Of a stretch of DNA of 64,000 nt, positions 26,218 through 37,595 are shown one piece after another. Origin of the DNA: Marsupella aquatica. Lineage: Eukaryota; Plantae; Marchantiophyta. The stretch covers positions 22,812,609-22,876,608 of the forward strand of contig OZ316894.1 in assembly GCA_973895155.1 (NCBI GenBank), read 5' to 3'. Each line of letters starts with the position of its first letter. Position 1 is the stretch's first letter. Below the pieces are notes generated by a model, which saw only the letters and a program-made list of their open reading frames with translations, had not been told where the DNA came from and made no database searches. The translations under genes were made by a program, and so were the position numbers.

Positions 26218-28500
26218 TCACTCCCGATGGAGATTCTTGAGTCTAGAAGAAAGAGGGGGGTTCAAAAATCGACCATTCTCGCTAGTGCTGGTGGTGGATG
26301 CAGGCCAATCAGGGCGTTTACAAGATTGTCTAGAATTTTGCTTAGGTGAGGAGGTTTGGCCTTGTGCATCCTTCTTATTCTCCTTGGCACCCTGCAATTC
26401 GTCGCTATCACGTTCACTATACTCCACGTTGTTGTCAGAATTGTCTACTATGGTGGCTACTTTCGTGATTCGAGGTGTTGACCGTGGTCTTGCTCGAGCT
26501 GAGGGATAGGGATTGTCGTCTGGGGTGGCGACTTTTGTGATTCGAGGTCTTGCCCGTAGTTTTGCTAGAGCTGGGGGGCATTTTACAACTGGAATAGATT
26601 TACGGTGATTTGGAAATGACGTGACGGCATCGCAGCTACAAGGTGTACTAGGCGGACCTAAGCTTTGAGCTTTTGGGCTTGCGAAATATTGACGTTCAGT
26701 TGACCGCCCTCTAGGTTTTTGAGAACTTCGACTTCTGCTGACCGTCTTCTCAAGGCATTGGCCCATCTTCCGCCTCTTCAAAGAGCTCCGCAGTCCTCGA
26801 CGTCTCAAGCCCAAGCTTTGAGATCTTGGGCTTGCAAGGTTTCTATGTTCAGTAGATCGTCCTCGAGAGGTTTGACAAGTTTGCCTACTTTGCCTTCTAC
26901 GAGACGGGCCTCGCTCAAATCCTTTTAACACGCGCCCCAATCCTCGCAAACTCGAGCTTTGGGATCTGGGGCTAGCAAGGTTTCGACGATCAGTTGATCG
27001 TCCTCGACAGTTGTGATGAATTTGACTTCTACTTCTTGTCTTGTCACTGGACCGGCCTCGCTTGAATCTCCTAAACACTCTCCCCGGTGCTTGCCGCAAA
27101 CCCGAGCTTCGGGATCTTGGGCTTGCAATGTTTCGATGTTCAGTTGATCGTCCTCGAGAGTTTTGACGACTTCGGCTTCCATTGATCGTCTTCTCAGAAG
27201 ACCGGCCCCGCTTGGATCTCTTGAACACTCGCCCCAATCCTTCTCCCAAACCCGAGCTTTGAGATCTGGGGCTTGCACTGTTTCGATGCTCAGTCGATCG
27301 TCCTCGAGAATTTTGACGACTTCGATTTCTACTGATCGTCTTCTCACGAGATCGGCCCCTCTTGAATCTCTGAAAGACTCGCCCCAATCCTCGTCTCAAA
27401 CCCGAGCTTCGCGATCTTGGGCTCGCAGGATTTTGATGTTCAGTCGACTTTTCTCCAGAGCTTTGACGACTTCGACTTCTATTCAAGCTCTTCTCAGGTG
27501 ATCTGCCCCTCTTGAATCTCCCAAACACTCCCCCAAATCCTTTGGGTTTTTGGGATGTTTGATCAACCTTTCCTTCATTGCTTGCACTTGGTGTTGGCCA
27601 TAACCAACCTGTGAAGTTGCCAGTGGCACCCTTCTTGTGGGGGGTACTGGCTCCAGACCCAGTATCCTGATTCTCCCCTTGAAGATTGGGTTCAGACTCG
27701 TCTTGGGAAGTGGATTGAGTATCAGACCCACCTCCAAAACCAAACCAACTTTCAGTGAGGGACTTGGACTTGGGTCCTTTCTCTTTAGACTTGGATCCAC
27801 TCTCGCCCCGGGCCGGTTCACTCGCCAACTCGAACTTGGATCCACTACCAGAGCCACTTCTACTACCAAACCAACTCTCAGTGCTAGACTTGCACTTGTT
27901 TGATGGTTTGGGGTTTAGTGACCCTGATCTGTGGTTCGGGGATCTTGATCGGTGGTGCGGAGATCTTGACCTGAGGTTTCGAGACCTTGACCTCGGGTGC
28001 GGAAATCCACTCTTACAGCTATCATGGCTATGGCTCCTATTTCCTTCACTCATTTCTATGCCAGAATGACTATTGGCGTGACCATTGACAACCTTTTGCC
28101 TTTGAGAGTGCTCTACAAATTTTGGGCTGAGAATGTATTTGGTATTTCTTTTTCCAATAGGGATGAGTTTGCCTTGACGCACCAACTTTTCCAAGCTAAG
28201 TTTCAGTTTAGCATCAAACTTCTTCCCCAACCTCATGTCATAGTGCTTCTCAATGTCTCTAGCTATGGCCCTCTTGCTGGAGCCACGGTGTCCGAACGGG
28301 AAGGATGCACAGTTGAGGCGGAGAATTGCATCGTGAATGAGATGTGCAAACGTTCGACGGCGACACCCTTTTGACTTGGGTGTGGCCTTCCTTTTCTTTT
28401 TATATTTCTCTTCTGCTATCAGCTCATGCTTTTTCTTTGAGTGTTTTGCAATGCCCATGTCCTCCAAGGAGATGGCTTCCTCCATCCCTTCTGCTGGCAT
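26218..28500 (-). CDS. Divergent H1 winged-helix protein with Ser/Arg-rich repeat tail (protamine-like, long type B1), 760 aa
   Basis: Single ORF. TFAHLIHDAILRLNC..GSSKRAIARDIEKHY..LSLEKLVRQGKLI..YILS matches the linker-histone H15 pattern. About six 50-aa Arg/Ser repeats follow. Confidence 0.85.
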   Translation of the reverse strand: MPAEGMEEAISLEDMGIAKHSKKKHELIAEEKYKKKRKATPKSKGCRRRTFAHLIHDAILRLNCASFPFGHRGSSKRAIARDIEKHYDMRLGKKFDAKLKLSLEKLVRQGKLIPIGKRNTKYILSPKFVEHSQRQKVVNGHANSHSGIEMSEGNRSHSHDSCKSGFPHPRSRSRNLRSRSPHHRSRSPNHRSGSLNPKPSNKCKSSTESWFGSRSGSGSGSKFELASEPARGESGSKSKEKGPKSKSLTESWFGFGGGSDTQSTSQDESEPNLQGENQDTGSGASTPHKKGATGNFTGWLWPTPSASNEGKVDQTSQKPKGFGGVFGRFKRGRSPEKSLNRSRSRQSSGEKSTEHQNPASPRSRSSGLRRGLGRVFQRFKRGRSREKTISRNRSRQNSRGRSTEHRNSASPRSQSSGLGEGLGRVFKRSKRGRSSEKTINGSRSRQNSRGRSTEHRNIASPRSRSSGLRQAPGRVFRRFKRGRSSDKTRSRSQIHHNCRGRSTDRRNLASPRSQSSSLRGLGRVLKGFERGPSRRRQSRQTCQTSRGRSTEHRNLASPRSQSLGLRRRGLRSSLKRRKMGQCLEKTVSRSRSSQKPRGRSTERQYFASPKAQSLGPPSTPCSCDAVTSFPNHRKSIPVVKCPPALAKLRARPRITKVATPDDNPYPSARARPRSTPRITKVATIVDNSDNNVEYSERDSDELQGAKENKKDAQGQTSSPKQNSRQSCKRPDWPASTTSTSENGRFLNPPLSSRLKNLHRE
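26670..27545 (-). repeat. Coding tandem repeat, ~150-bp (50-aa) unit, about 6 copies
   Basis: aaacccgagctt recurs at ~27398, 27248 and 27098 (150-bp period). Unit is approximately GLGRVFQRFKRGRSREKTISRNRSRQNSRGRSTEHRNSASPRSQSSGLGE. Confidence 0.9.
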
Positions 28501-29977
28501 TTAGTTCAAAAAACACCCCTGTCTAGATACAAGTGTGCTTGACATCTCAAAGATGTATACACTACTGAAGTTTTGAGAATTGAACCTGTGGAGGATCACC
28601 AGAGCCGAAACAGTGGATAATAAGACTTTTTCCCATTTTGAGGAAATGTAAGAAGCCTACCCAACAGTGCCTCCCTAAAACAGTCTCCCTTCTTTGGAAA
28701 TTTCTTTTCATTTAATCATTCCGTATGATTACCATTCAGAACATCATAATTGTAAATAGTCCTTTCAAACCAATGTGAGACAACTGCAGAAAACTGTTGA
28801 CATATCTTGTGCTATGAAACGAGGACATGGAGCTTGAATTCTCTTCTGGTTATTAACTACAACCATCTTTGAACCCTCTATAGTTTCCTTCAAGCAGAGT
28901 TTGTCCATAAAGCGTACCGAAATAATTATGAAGACCAAAGACCTCGGAAGTGACTTTCTACGCTTATACACCGTTGGAAGGAAGAAAAAGCATACATGTT
29001 GAACAAAACAAACAATAATCCCTTCAAGATCAAGCATAGTGGTCCCTACAATAATCCGTATAGGGGTCTCTTCAAGGTCCGCATAAATTGGATGCATGTT
29101 CCACTCTCGAGACCTATTCAAAAATTGTATTTCATGGTCATTCCTTTGGTTGCTTGGGTGCTGAAAAACCATTGTAATGTGTGATGCGTCCCATGGTAGG
29201 CCCCCCTCCCCACCCTCACTCCCCTTTCCAACAGTCATGCATGGGCAACGAATAAAACTCAATGAATGATGAGAGATAAATCAATGTGTCGTTTCATTTT
29301 CCAAGATGCCCCTTCATGATGAGTGCAACCCTTTGCACGACGGTTGCATTAATTTAGAAGTTGGTCATGGTCTATACGGTCCAAAAAGACGCACATCTTG
29401 AAAAACAAAACGGTGTACAAAAATGTGAGCTGCGAGCACCAAGACTGATGATCCAACGGCAGATAATGATATACAAGATATAATTGTCAAACAAACCGAT
29501 CATGTTGGAGTTGATGTATCTTCGAAAAGGATAAATACTTACGTCAAATAAATCCATTTATCGATGATCGTGACTTTTCATGATTTCGAGAGAATTTTGT
29601 AATTAAGACCGTCGGATTGACGCCACGTCAGCAATCCGAAGTCCCCAAGCGTCATTGGATGGTTTGGGAATGTGAGGTTTGCCAAGAGGATTTTGACAGT
29701 TTTCAAGCTTAACCCAAGGCTAAGCTCATGACTGAGGAGGTGTGAATTGATCCATGTGCAAGGAAAGGAACGAATGGGATGATTGGGCATCAATTCTAAA
29801 GAGTGGCTGCAGCCAAGGATTTTTTCTATAATTACATGCTCCATACCATCCCGTCTAGTTTGTGGGGTCCTGTGTCATGGTTAGGAGATGAACTATGCTT
29901 AAATTTTAGGCCTGCCCCTGCACCATTTCTCAGGTCTTTCACAAGCATGATTGGTTAGAGGTGCACCAGTTGTCACA

Positions 29978-30649
29978 ATGAGTGTTAAGGGGGAAGACGA
30001 TTTGATGATTGGGGAGCCCTCTGGGTCTAAGGGGGCAGGCAAAGTCTTACCAACTTACAGTAGCTTAATTCACGATGTCATTAGTACGCTTAAGCAACGA
30101 GGGGGGTCAAGTGCTGTTGCAATTCGCAAGACCATTGAACAAAAGGTGGGCCCAAAGTTGGGACCTAACTACAAGAAGATTGTTGGCTCCACACTGTCCA
30201 AGTTGGCCAAGTCGGGGAAGTTGATCAAGACTGGCAACACTTTCAAGTTGAGTCCACAATTCAAGCAAGAGAATCTTCGTCGTCGGAGGCGCCATCGACA
30301 TAAGAAGGGTCGAAAGAGGCGCAGGAGGAGACGTAGAAGAAGAAGACGTGGGAGGAGAAAAGGTCGCAAAGGGAGGAAGCATAGGAGGAGGAGAAGGAGG
30401 AGGTCTAGAAAAGGTAGGAAAAGAAGAAGGAGAAGAAGAAGAAGAAGGTCAAGAGGCAGACGATCAAGATCCAAATCCAGATCAAGATCACCCCGTCGTC
30501 GTCATCGTCGCCGTCGCCGTCGGAGAAGAAAAAGCCGAGGAAGAGGAAAATCCCATGCAAAATCACATGGAACAAAAAGAGTTAGACATGCATCACATGT
30601 CCACATTCATCAAGCTAATTCAGAACAAAGTTCTATAGGGGGAGATTAG
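29978..30649 (+). CDS. H1-like protamine precursor (short type A1): H15 globular domain plus poly-Arg tail, ~223 aa
   Basis: ATG at 29978 (the ORF track starts at an upstream TTG). PTYSSLIHDVISTLKQRGGSSAVAIRKTIE..LSKLAKSGKLIKTGNTFKLS is a canonical H1 globular domain. It is followed by ~95 aa dominated by Arg runs with RSRSKSRSRSPR. Confidence 0.92.
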   Translation: MSVKGEDDLMIGEPSGSKGAGKVLPTYSSLIHDVISTLKQRGGSSAVAIRKTIEQKVGPKLGPNYKKIVGSTLSKLAKSGKLIKTGNTFKLSPQFKQENLRRRRRHRHKKGRKRRRRRRRRRRRGRRKGRKGRKHRRRRRRRSRKGRKRRRRRRRRRSRGRRSRSKSRSRSPRRRHRRRRRRRRKSRGRGKSHAKSHGTKRVRHASHVHIHQANSEQSSIGGD

Positions 30650-33600
30650 AGTCCCCTTATCCATCCTTAGTTATCAAGCAGACAATTCTTGTAGGGTGAT
30701 GCACTTTAAATATATTAAGTGTTAGCCTTCTGGAGATGTCTGACTTGAACAATTTTAGCCCTTTCAGAAGTCTGGAAATCATTTCTCATGGCTACAAGTA
30801 ATTCCAGGCAGAAAGAAAGTGAATAAACTTAATTTATGCATATGTTTTAATTTGCTTAGTAGCTTGAAAACGTGATGGAGCAAGCTAAGCCCACATATAC
30901 ACGGTGTCAATCCTTGTTTCACTATGCAACATGGTGGTGAGCATGTGACAGCTACATACACTCCTGGGAACAATTGTACTTCTACATGGTCGGTTCAAGA
31001 AAAACCATCCAAAGTTTAGGAGCAATTAGGTTAACTAGCTAGATACCAGCCAAACCAGGACCCAAACATGATTCTCAACAAGGTACCTGCTACATTGATC
31101 ATATGAAAATAAAAAAATTAAATAATGCACTTGTTTGGTGAAAATCATAAGTTGAATGTACATCTTCTACCCTTTTATCAAGCATGGTTAATGATTAGTT
31201 CAATCAACTGGAACTCACAAGAGCCCAAGGGCTACACAGACTTTTGCACAGATCCTGATATTCATGCTTCCATAGGTTTTGTTGTCTGCCAAGGCAACTC
31301 CTACATGATCTATTCTGCACCTCTTTTCTGCTTGTTGCTGAGCTGAACTAGAGTGGGCCTGCCTAGCTGATGACCATCCTCGTTCTCGTCTTGAATTTGG
31401 AGTGATCCCTCAATTTACCCCTTGATGTTTTTGAAGTTGCCTTGTTGTTTGTTGGGTAAGTCGGTTCTGTCTTGCTCAAAGTAAAGGTTCCATGCCTATA
31501 TAATTGGCAGTGCTTTTCTCTGAAATAATATATCCTGGTTTCCTTTTCAACCCTCTTAGATGGATCAGCTGCTGGCATCCCGGTCCTATTGATTTTCAGT
31601 TATAGTACATTATCTTTGAATTGTTAGCAACCCTGGCCCTGAACAACATTCTCTACAACGATGAAGGCTCCTGTGATTGAGTTTCACCATGCCTGCTGAG
31701 CATCATGCCACACGGAGTGCTTGCAAACACTATTCCTTCAATCACCTGTCCAGGATGAGTTTTAACATAACAACTTTTACGGACTCACTGTGTGCTGGCA
31801 AATTTGTTGGTGGACTTGGTTTGGCTTGTGTTAACTAAGACTCTTGAATCGTTATTGTTGGTTTGTTTTTTGTTGGTGGATACCATGATTTTGTGGCTGA
31901 CTAGATCCCACTCGAGATCCAATCTGGTCTCTTGTTCCTGACCAGCCTGCCCGTGGGTTAGGCTGCGGCTCTTGCTTGTGCCGTCTCCCTGAGTGTGGTC
32001 ATTCTCGGTTTGTATATATGTCTGTTTTCAGTTGCCCTGTTGGTTGTGGTTCTTGCCGCTCCTAGCTTGGATATAAAGTTTGCTCTGAAATAGAAGTTAG
32101 GGGAAGTCATTTGACTTCAAGTTCTACCATCCACTAACATTCGTGGTTACTTCCAGTCATTGATCTGCATGGCTGAGATGCAAAGCATCTTTCCCTATGA
32201 AACTAGGCTAGTCCACTTGGATATTCAATTGGGTTCCTAATCACTGATATTGTTTAAATTTGGGTTTAAATATCTTAATTTGAGGCTTATTCTGTTCAGG
32301 GTAGTGACTCACCAGCTACGCAAAGACTTGAACTTTATATCTAACATTTGCCATTGGCAAGTCCATGTCAGTCCCTAGTCCATAGGTGGGTGCATCGGTT
32401 ATTCTTAAAGTGTGTGAGAGATATATGTAGCTTTTGGGCAACTTCGTTAGAACTCTTACCTTCAGTATTGTACCTCTTTCTGGACAAACCAAGAGTATTA
32501 TGTTTTAAGTACAAGTCCAACAAAATGAATAGACAAAAATATGTACAAGTCCAACCTCATATCCATGGATGGATCCAGCATGTTCACTGGATTCCAAACC
32601 CCATGCAACCAAAACGGGCAGCCAATTTACATTAAAAAATTGTCTGTATGTCTGCTGAATTAATCAAAGATGCTATTTCATATGAAGAGAGGACCAAGAT
32701 TGAAGGCCAAATGAGAAATGTATGTCATCCTTAAATACCCTAAAGTGTGTGTAAGCTCAGCTCCATGATCAAATGAGTGGTGATAATGGGCTACATTACA
32801 GTACCCAAAAGCAACCACAGTTAAGGACTTTTCGCAGCTCATAATCTAAACAAAGCCCTTGAACCAGTACCTTACCCTAGTCAAAGGGTTGAAACAATAC
32901 AGGACTCTAATTAGAAGAAAACAAAAGCCACAAATATTCAGCCTTGAATGAGAACTAGGAGTAGAATCGGGAGTAAAATTAACCTTAACTAACATTTCCT
33001 GAGGAGCCCGTCCAGCCAGAGGTTTCACCCCAAAAGTTAACCTACCAACTAACCAAGTCTTCTTCTAGGGTATTCATTTAATTTATAAGCAGCTTCTTTA
33101 CAAGTAGCTAAAACTCTTTATTCTATATTATTTTGACCCCAATCTAGACAAGGTTGCTCATAAATTACAATAAATAATATTAGCTACCAGAACAAGTTGA
33201 ATGATGACAGGAAGAAACACTGCAGTATTGCTGTCCTAGATGGCACAGGCCATGCAAAAGATATTTTTTATTTTTTATTGCAGGAAATAAGACAACGCCA
33301 ACAAATATTATCCTGTTTAAATCATTGGAATTTAAAAACATTGCAGACACTGAAATGTCAGTGTTTACACCGCATGTTTAGACTGTTCTTAAAACTTGCA
33401 TAATAATTGTTTTTTCAAAGTTACACAAATGCTCTAAAATATTTTGTTGGTCAGGTCCAAAATTTGTAAGTGTTATATATTTATAGCACGATCCCCATGG
33501 GACTGCTGTACTACACACCACCAATATTCTTGTGAAAGTATGTTCCTATTGTGGATTTGTTTATAAGGAGTCTGTAGCATTAGTGGGGTAAGTAGTGCCA

Positions 33601-35449
33601 CATGTACCTAACATCTGTAAAATGGGTTTCAATCTTAGTTTGGCAGCCTTGCCATATTTAGTACATGCCTGAGTACATGTGAGCCTTGCGACCCTTTATG
33701 GTCCATTATTTTTGAATTACAAAGTGATCTCACACTGCAATGGGAGATCAACAAGTCTTATCTGGGTGCGCACAAGTTGGCCAGCTTCGCTACCTGACCA
33801 TGGACAACCTGTAACTACGCCACAAGTGAAGTCGTAAAATTTATCCAGAACTATGACCTTCATAGAAAAATGATGAAGTTCAAAAGGTCACCAATACCTG
33901 CTCAACATTACCAGCTGAGCAAGATGTTCTGGTTGCTAGAGGACAATGTCACTTTGGAGTTGCAAGGGAAGCTGTTCTTTGACTCTTTGGGCAAGCGGGA
34001 GAACAGGCATACTGTGGCCTCCTGCAAACCAACTAATTATTGCGCTGCACTTTCAGGAGCCAAGGTTGGAGATCTATGTGAGTCAGATTGTGTGCGGGAT
34101 TGTGTGCATGGGGGTGCCCAGCTGCGGAGACCGTGATTCCGGCATGTTTGATCTTGTTGCTGACCCCAGAGTGGAGTTCTTACAATCCAAGTTTTTATCA
34201 TGGAAAACCATGAGTGGATCTTAGAAGAATCTGGCAATGAGACTTGATTGGGGCTAAGGACAGCCAATTAGTTGGCATCCTTCAAATTACCTTGGAGTAC
34301 TGCAGAGAGCACCTCCAGGGCCAGGATGACAATTTGAGGAAGTCAAAAGGAGATGCTCAGAGTTAAGAGGAGCACTTTTGTGTACATACACATCACTACA
34401 CAACATACATTGTGTGTCACACACATCCAAATTAAAGTAGGCACAAACAAGCATAGGAGAATGGGATATAAGTGGAACTCATGTCCACACATGTCCAAAA
34501 CCCACAATAATCTTCACAAGAATCAAACCACAATTGATGCCAACAACACACAACCGATCACGTTTGATCCGATCACACACGTATGCTGAGCCATGTACAC
34601 GCACCTTGCGTTCAAGGAATCCATGTTTATGTATACAAATCTGGACGGCCACACCATAGCTGCCAAAGCTCATGCTTGAAGACTCAACATCAAAAGATGA
34701 GGCCTCCAAGCCGCCACAAGGGATAACTATCCCAGCCTTCAAACGTAGAGAAACCCTAAAGTGCTCAATAACACACAGTCATATGAAAGCTCTAAACTCA
34801 GACAACATGATATATTCTAATAGTGTTCATAATGGTGTGACAACGTATTGTTTTCATAACAGGCAAGCAATATTTGCATATTGTGCCAATATTATTTCTA
34901 GTCAAAGTGGTTTAGAGGCTAGGCCTTGTTAGAGGCTAGGTTGAAGATAAATTTTCTAAAATTCCACACTTCAAATAAAGTAGGAGACACCATTTAGGTG
35001 GTGCTACACTGTCTATTGTTTTCTTAGCCTTACATTGGAACATCCAAGTGATCAATATATGCATCTAAGCACCCTTTCTAAAAAATTCCCAAGTATACAT
35101 AGCTACTCTATTAATCTGTTCATGGTCTCCACATCTGAAGCTCCATATTTAAGTAAAGTAATTTGAAAGCCACAAGTAGCCACAAGTATTGGCAAAATAG
35201 CCAAATGAATACAAGTATAATTTACTTTTATGCCATGCAAGCTCTTGAAATGTTGCATACTCATGCAAAAGTAGTCTTGAACTCTTGCAAGTAAAGACTA
35301 TGAGTAAGAGCACTCTACAAGATTGACAAGCCTTGGGGATGTAAACTAGGATCTCTTGGACAGATGGAATACTCTCCGTGACCATTGAGATAAACCATTC
35401 AGTTAGGATATATGAGACTCAACATGAGATCTTCTAGCTAGACTTGGAT

Positions 35450-37000
35450 TTAATTAGGGCTGGCAGAAGGCTCTGAAGTCTGAGGCCCAATATCTAAAGG
35501 TCTCTGAGTACTAGAAGGGGTCTTGGAAAAATCTTGAGGCCTGGAGGGGCCTCCCTCACAAGTTGTAGTACTTGTACGGTCGGAGCCAAAAGCACCACGA
35601 AGAGAATCCCTAACTTTCTCCAAAAGACTTCTCCGGCTTGGAAGACCTCTACTTCTCTCCTTCATAGCATGAAATCTGTCATGCTCCTTCCTAGACCTAT
35701 TTTTTACCATGGGCGTGCTGCCTTCTGATGTTGTGTTGCTCATGTCCTCATCAGCATCCTTGTCGATGTCAGACATTGAACTGGGAGGTGTTTCATAATG
35801 AAAGTTGTCAATGGGATCCAGGGAGCCTTCAGAAGCCTCACTTGCTACATAGTGAGAATCCACTTTTGACAGGTGAAGGGATCCCATTGGAGTAAGTAAG
35901 ACAGGTTTCTCCTGACGCTCGCGGATTCGAAGCCTCTGAAATTTACCGTACCTTGATCCCTTTGCACAACCATTTGAGTCTCTACCAGATTTGTAGTTCC
36001 TTTTTTGAGACATGGGCATGTGCTTCCATTTCCCTAGCATGTGTTTGCTATAAGTTTTCCTCTCTTCATTGTGGGCCTCAGCTTTAGCATTTTTTTCGCC
36101 TTCAACTTTGTCTTCCTTGGAGGGCCAAAGCCACTTTCTTATACTACCCCCAAAATAATTGCTGCTGGATCCCTTCTTTGACTTTGTCTTCTTGCCACGA
36201 TGGCGAGCTCGGCCATGTGCACGATGTTTTGTCCTCGTCCAACCCCTCCCCCTTTTTCTCCTCCCTCTCCTCTTCCTTCTCCTCCTTCTCCTCCTTCTCC
36301 TCCTACTATGAGACCGCCTCCTATGAGATCTGCTCCTACTTCTACCCCTGCTCCTACCCCTACTTCTATATTTGCCAATTTCCACTCCATATCGGAGGTT
36401 TGCAGCTCCATCAATGACCTTGAGTCGTGCAATTTTTTTCAGAAATGCTACACTTGGTTTGTACTTCAAGCCCTTGTTCTTGCTACCAATAGAGATAAGC
36501 AAGCCTTTTGCCACAAGCCTTTCAAAACTCAGTTGTAATCTCACTTTGAACTTCTTCCCAAGTTTCAACCTGTAATGTCTTTCAATGTTCTTTAAAATTT
36601 GCTTATGGCTGTATCCAGAGCGGTGAATGTGGGAACACTTGAGGCGGAGGAAAACGTCATGAATGAGATGAGCAAATGTTGCATGGTGATGTCTAAGCAT
36701 TGACACTGTGGATTTTCTCTTCTTCCTCTTCCTCTTCTTCTTCCTCTTCTTTTGCGAGCTCTTACTCCATACCTTCCGCCACCATGATTTCTTCTTCACT
36801 TTGGTCTTCTGTTTGGCCATAGCTTTTGTTTTTATGACTGGGGGCAGCGATTGCTCTAACCTCAGCTCATCCTCCATTTCCTCCTCTTTTCCATCTGATT
36901 CGGGTCCTGGGGAAAATTCTGATGTTGACTCATATTCGATGTCATCAATGGATGCATTTTCCGAACATTGGTTACCTCGAGAGGCAAACAATGATGACAT
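35450..37000 (-). CDS. Divergent H1 winged-helix, Arg-rich protamine-like protein (long type B2), 516 aa
   Basis: Acidic N-terminus, then a Lys-rich segment, then HATFAHLIHDVFLRLKC..GYSHKQILKNIERHY..LSFERLVAKGLLI. After that come RSRGRSRG and a long poly-Arg run, and a Ser/acidic C-terminus. Confidence 0.88.
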   Translation of the reverse strand: MSSLFASRGNQCSENASIDDIEYESTSEFSPGPESDGKEEEMEDELRLEQSLPPVIKTKAMAKQKTKVKKKSWWRKVWSKSSQKKRKKKRKRKKRKSTVSMLRHHHATFAHLIHDVFLRLKCSHIHRSGYSHKQILKNIERHYRLKLGKKFKVRLQLSFERLVAKGLLISIGSKNKGLKYKPSVAFLKKIARLKVIDGAANLRYGVEIGKYRSRGRSRGRSRSRSHRRRSHSRRRRRRRRRRKRRGRRKRGRGWTRTKHRAHGRARHRGKKTKSKKGSSSNYFGGSIRKWLWPSKEDKVEGEKNAKAEAHNEERKTYSKHMLGKWKHMPMSQKRNYKSGRDSNGCAKGSRYGKFQRLRIRERQEKPVLLTPMGSLHLSKVDSHYVASEASEGSLDPIDNFHYETPPSSMSDIDKDADEDMSNTTSEGSTPMVKNRSRKEHDRFHAMKERSRGLPSRRSLLEKVRDSLRGAFGSDRTSTTTCEGGPSRPQDFSKTPSSTQRPLDIGPQTSEPSASPN

Positions 37001-37564
37001 GTTTCAATCCCGGTTTGATTTTTAATCCTGGTGAAACTGGTGACCACCTGTAATCCAATTTCTCTTGGGAATTCAGTTTGGAAACTAGCATGAAATGTGA
37101 GTACTGTGTCTTAAATTTTGTAGTGTGCCAACTTTTCTGACATTTCATGTATAGCCTTGCCAGAATTATCACCCCTTTCAATGACATAGGGATGTCAAGA
37201 GGACCAAAGAGATTATTTGGCACCTATTTCACGGGTCTTAACAGATCAGGCTCTGTAAAATGTAAAATTTGGAGGATAGTTAACCAAAAAAAAATTGATT
37301 CTGCAAAAACAAAGAATGAGTCCCAAAGTGCTTGGAAGTGGCCAAGCTCCACGGTAATTTTTTTGGCTAGGTATGATTTATGGTCAAACTGATAACGTGA
37401 TCCTAAAAGGACTGAAGCAATAAAGGCCAGATCATCAACTGTTTAGTACACTTAGAGGAAAGTCCCTAAGAATTCCCTTAATATGAGAGCTTATTCATGT
37501 GTCAATAGGGTATAATTATGTTGAAAACAGAAGCAACAACCTGTAACAATAGCAGATTTTATCG

Positions 37565-37595
<31 letters not shown>

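Noticed and set aside
31100-34300. Additional gene or decayed sixth H1-like paralogue between A1 and B2
   Set aside because: Only short, stop-ridden ORFs with no recognisable winged-helix motif; probably degenerate TE sequence.
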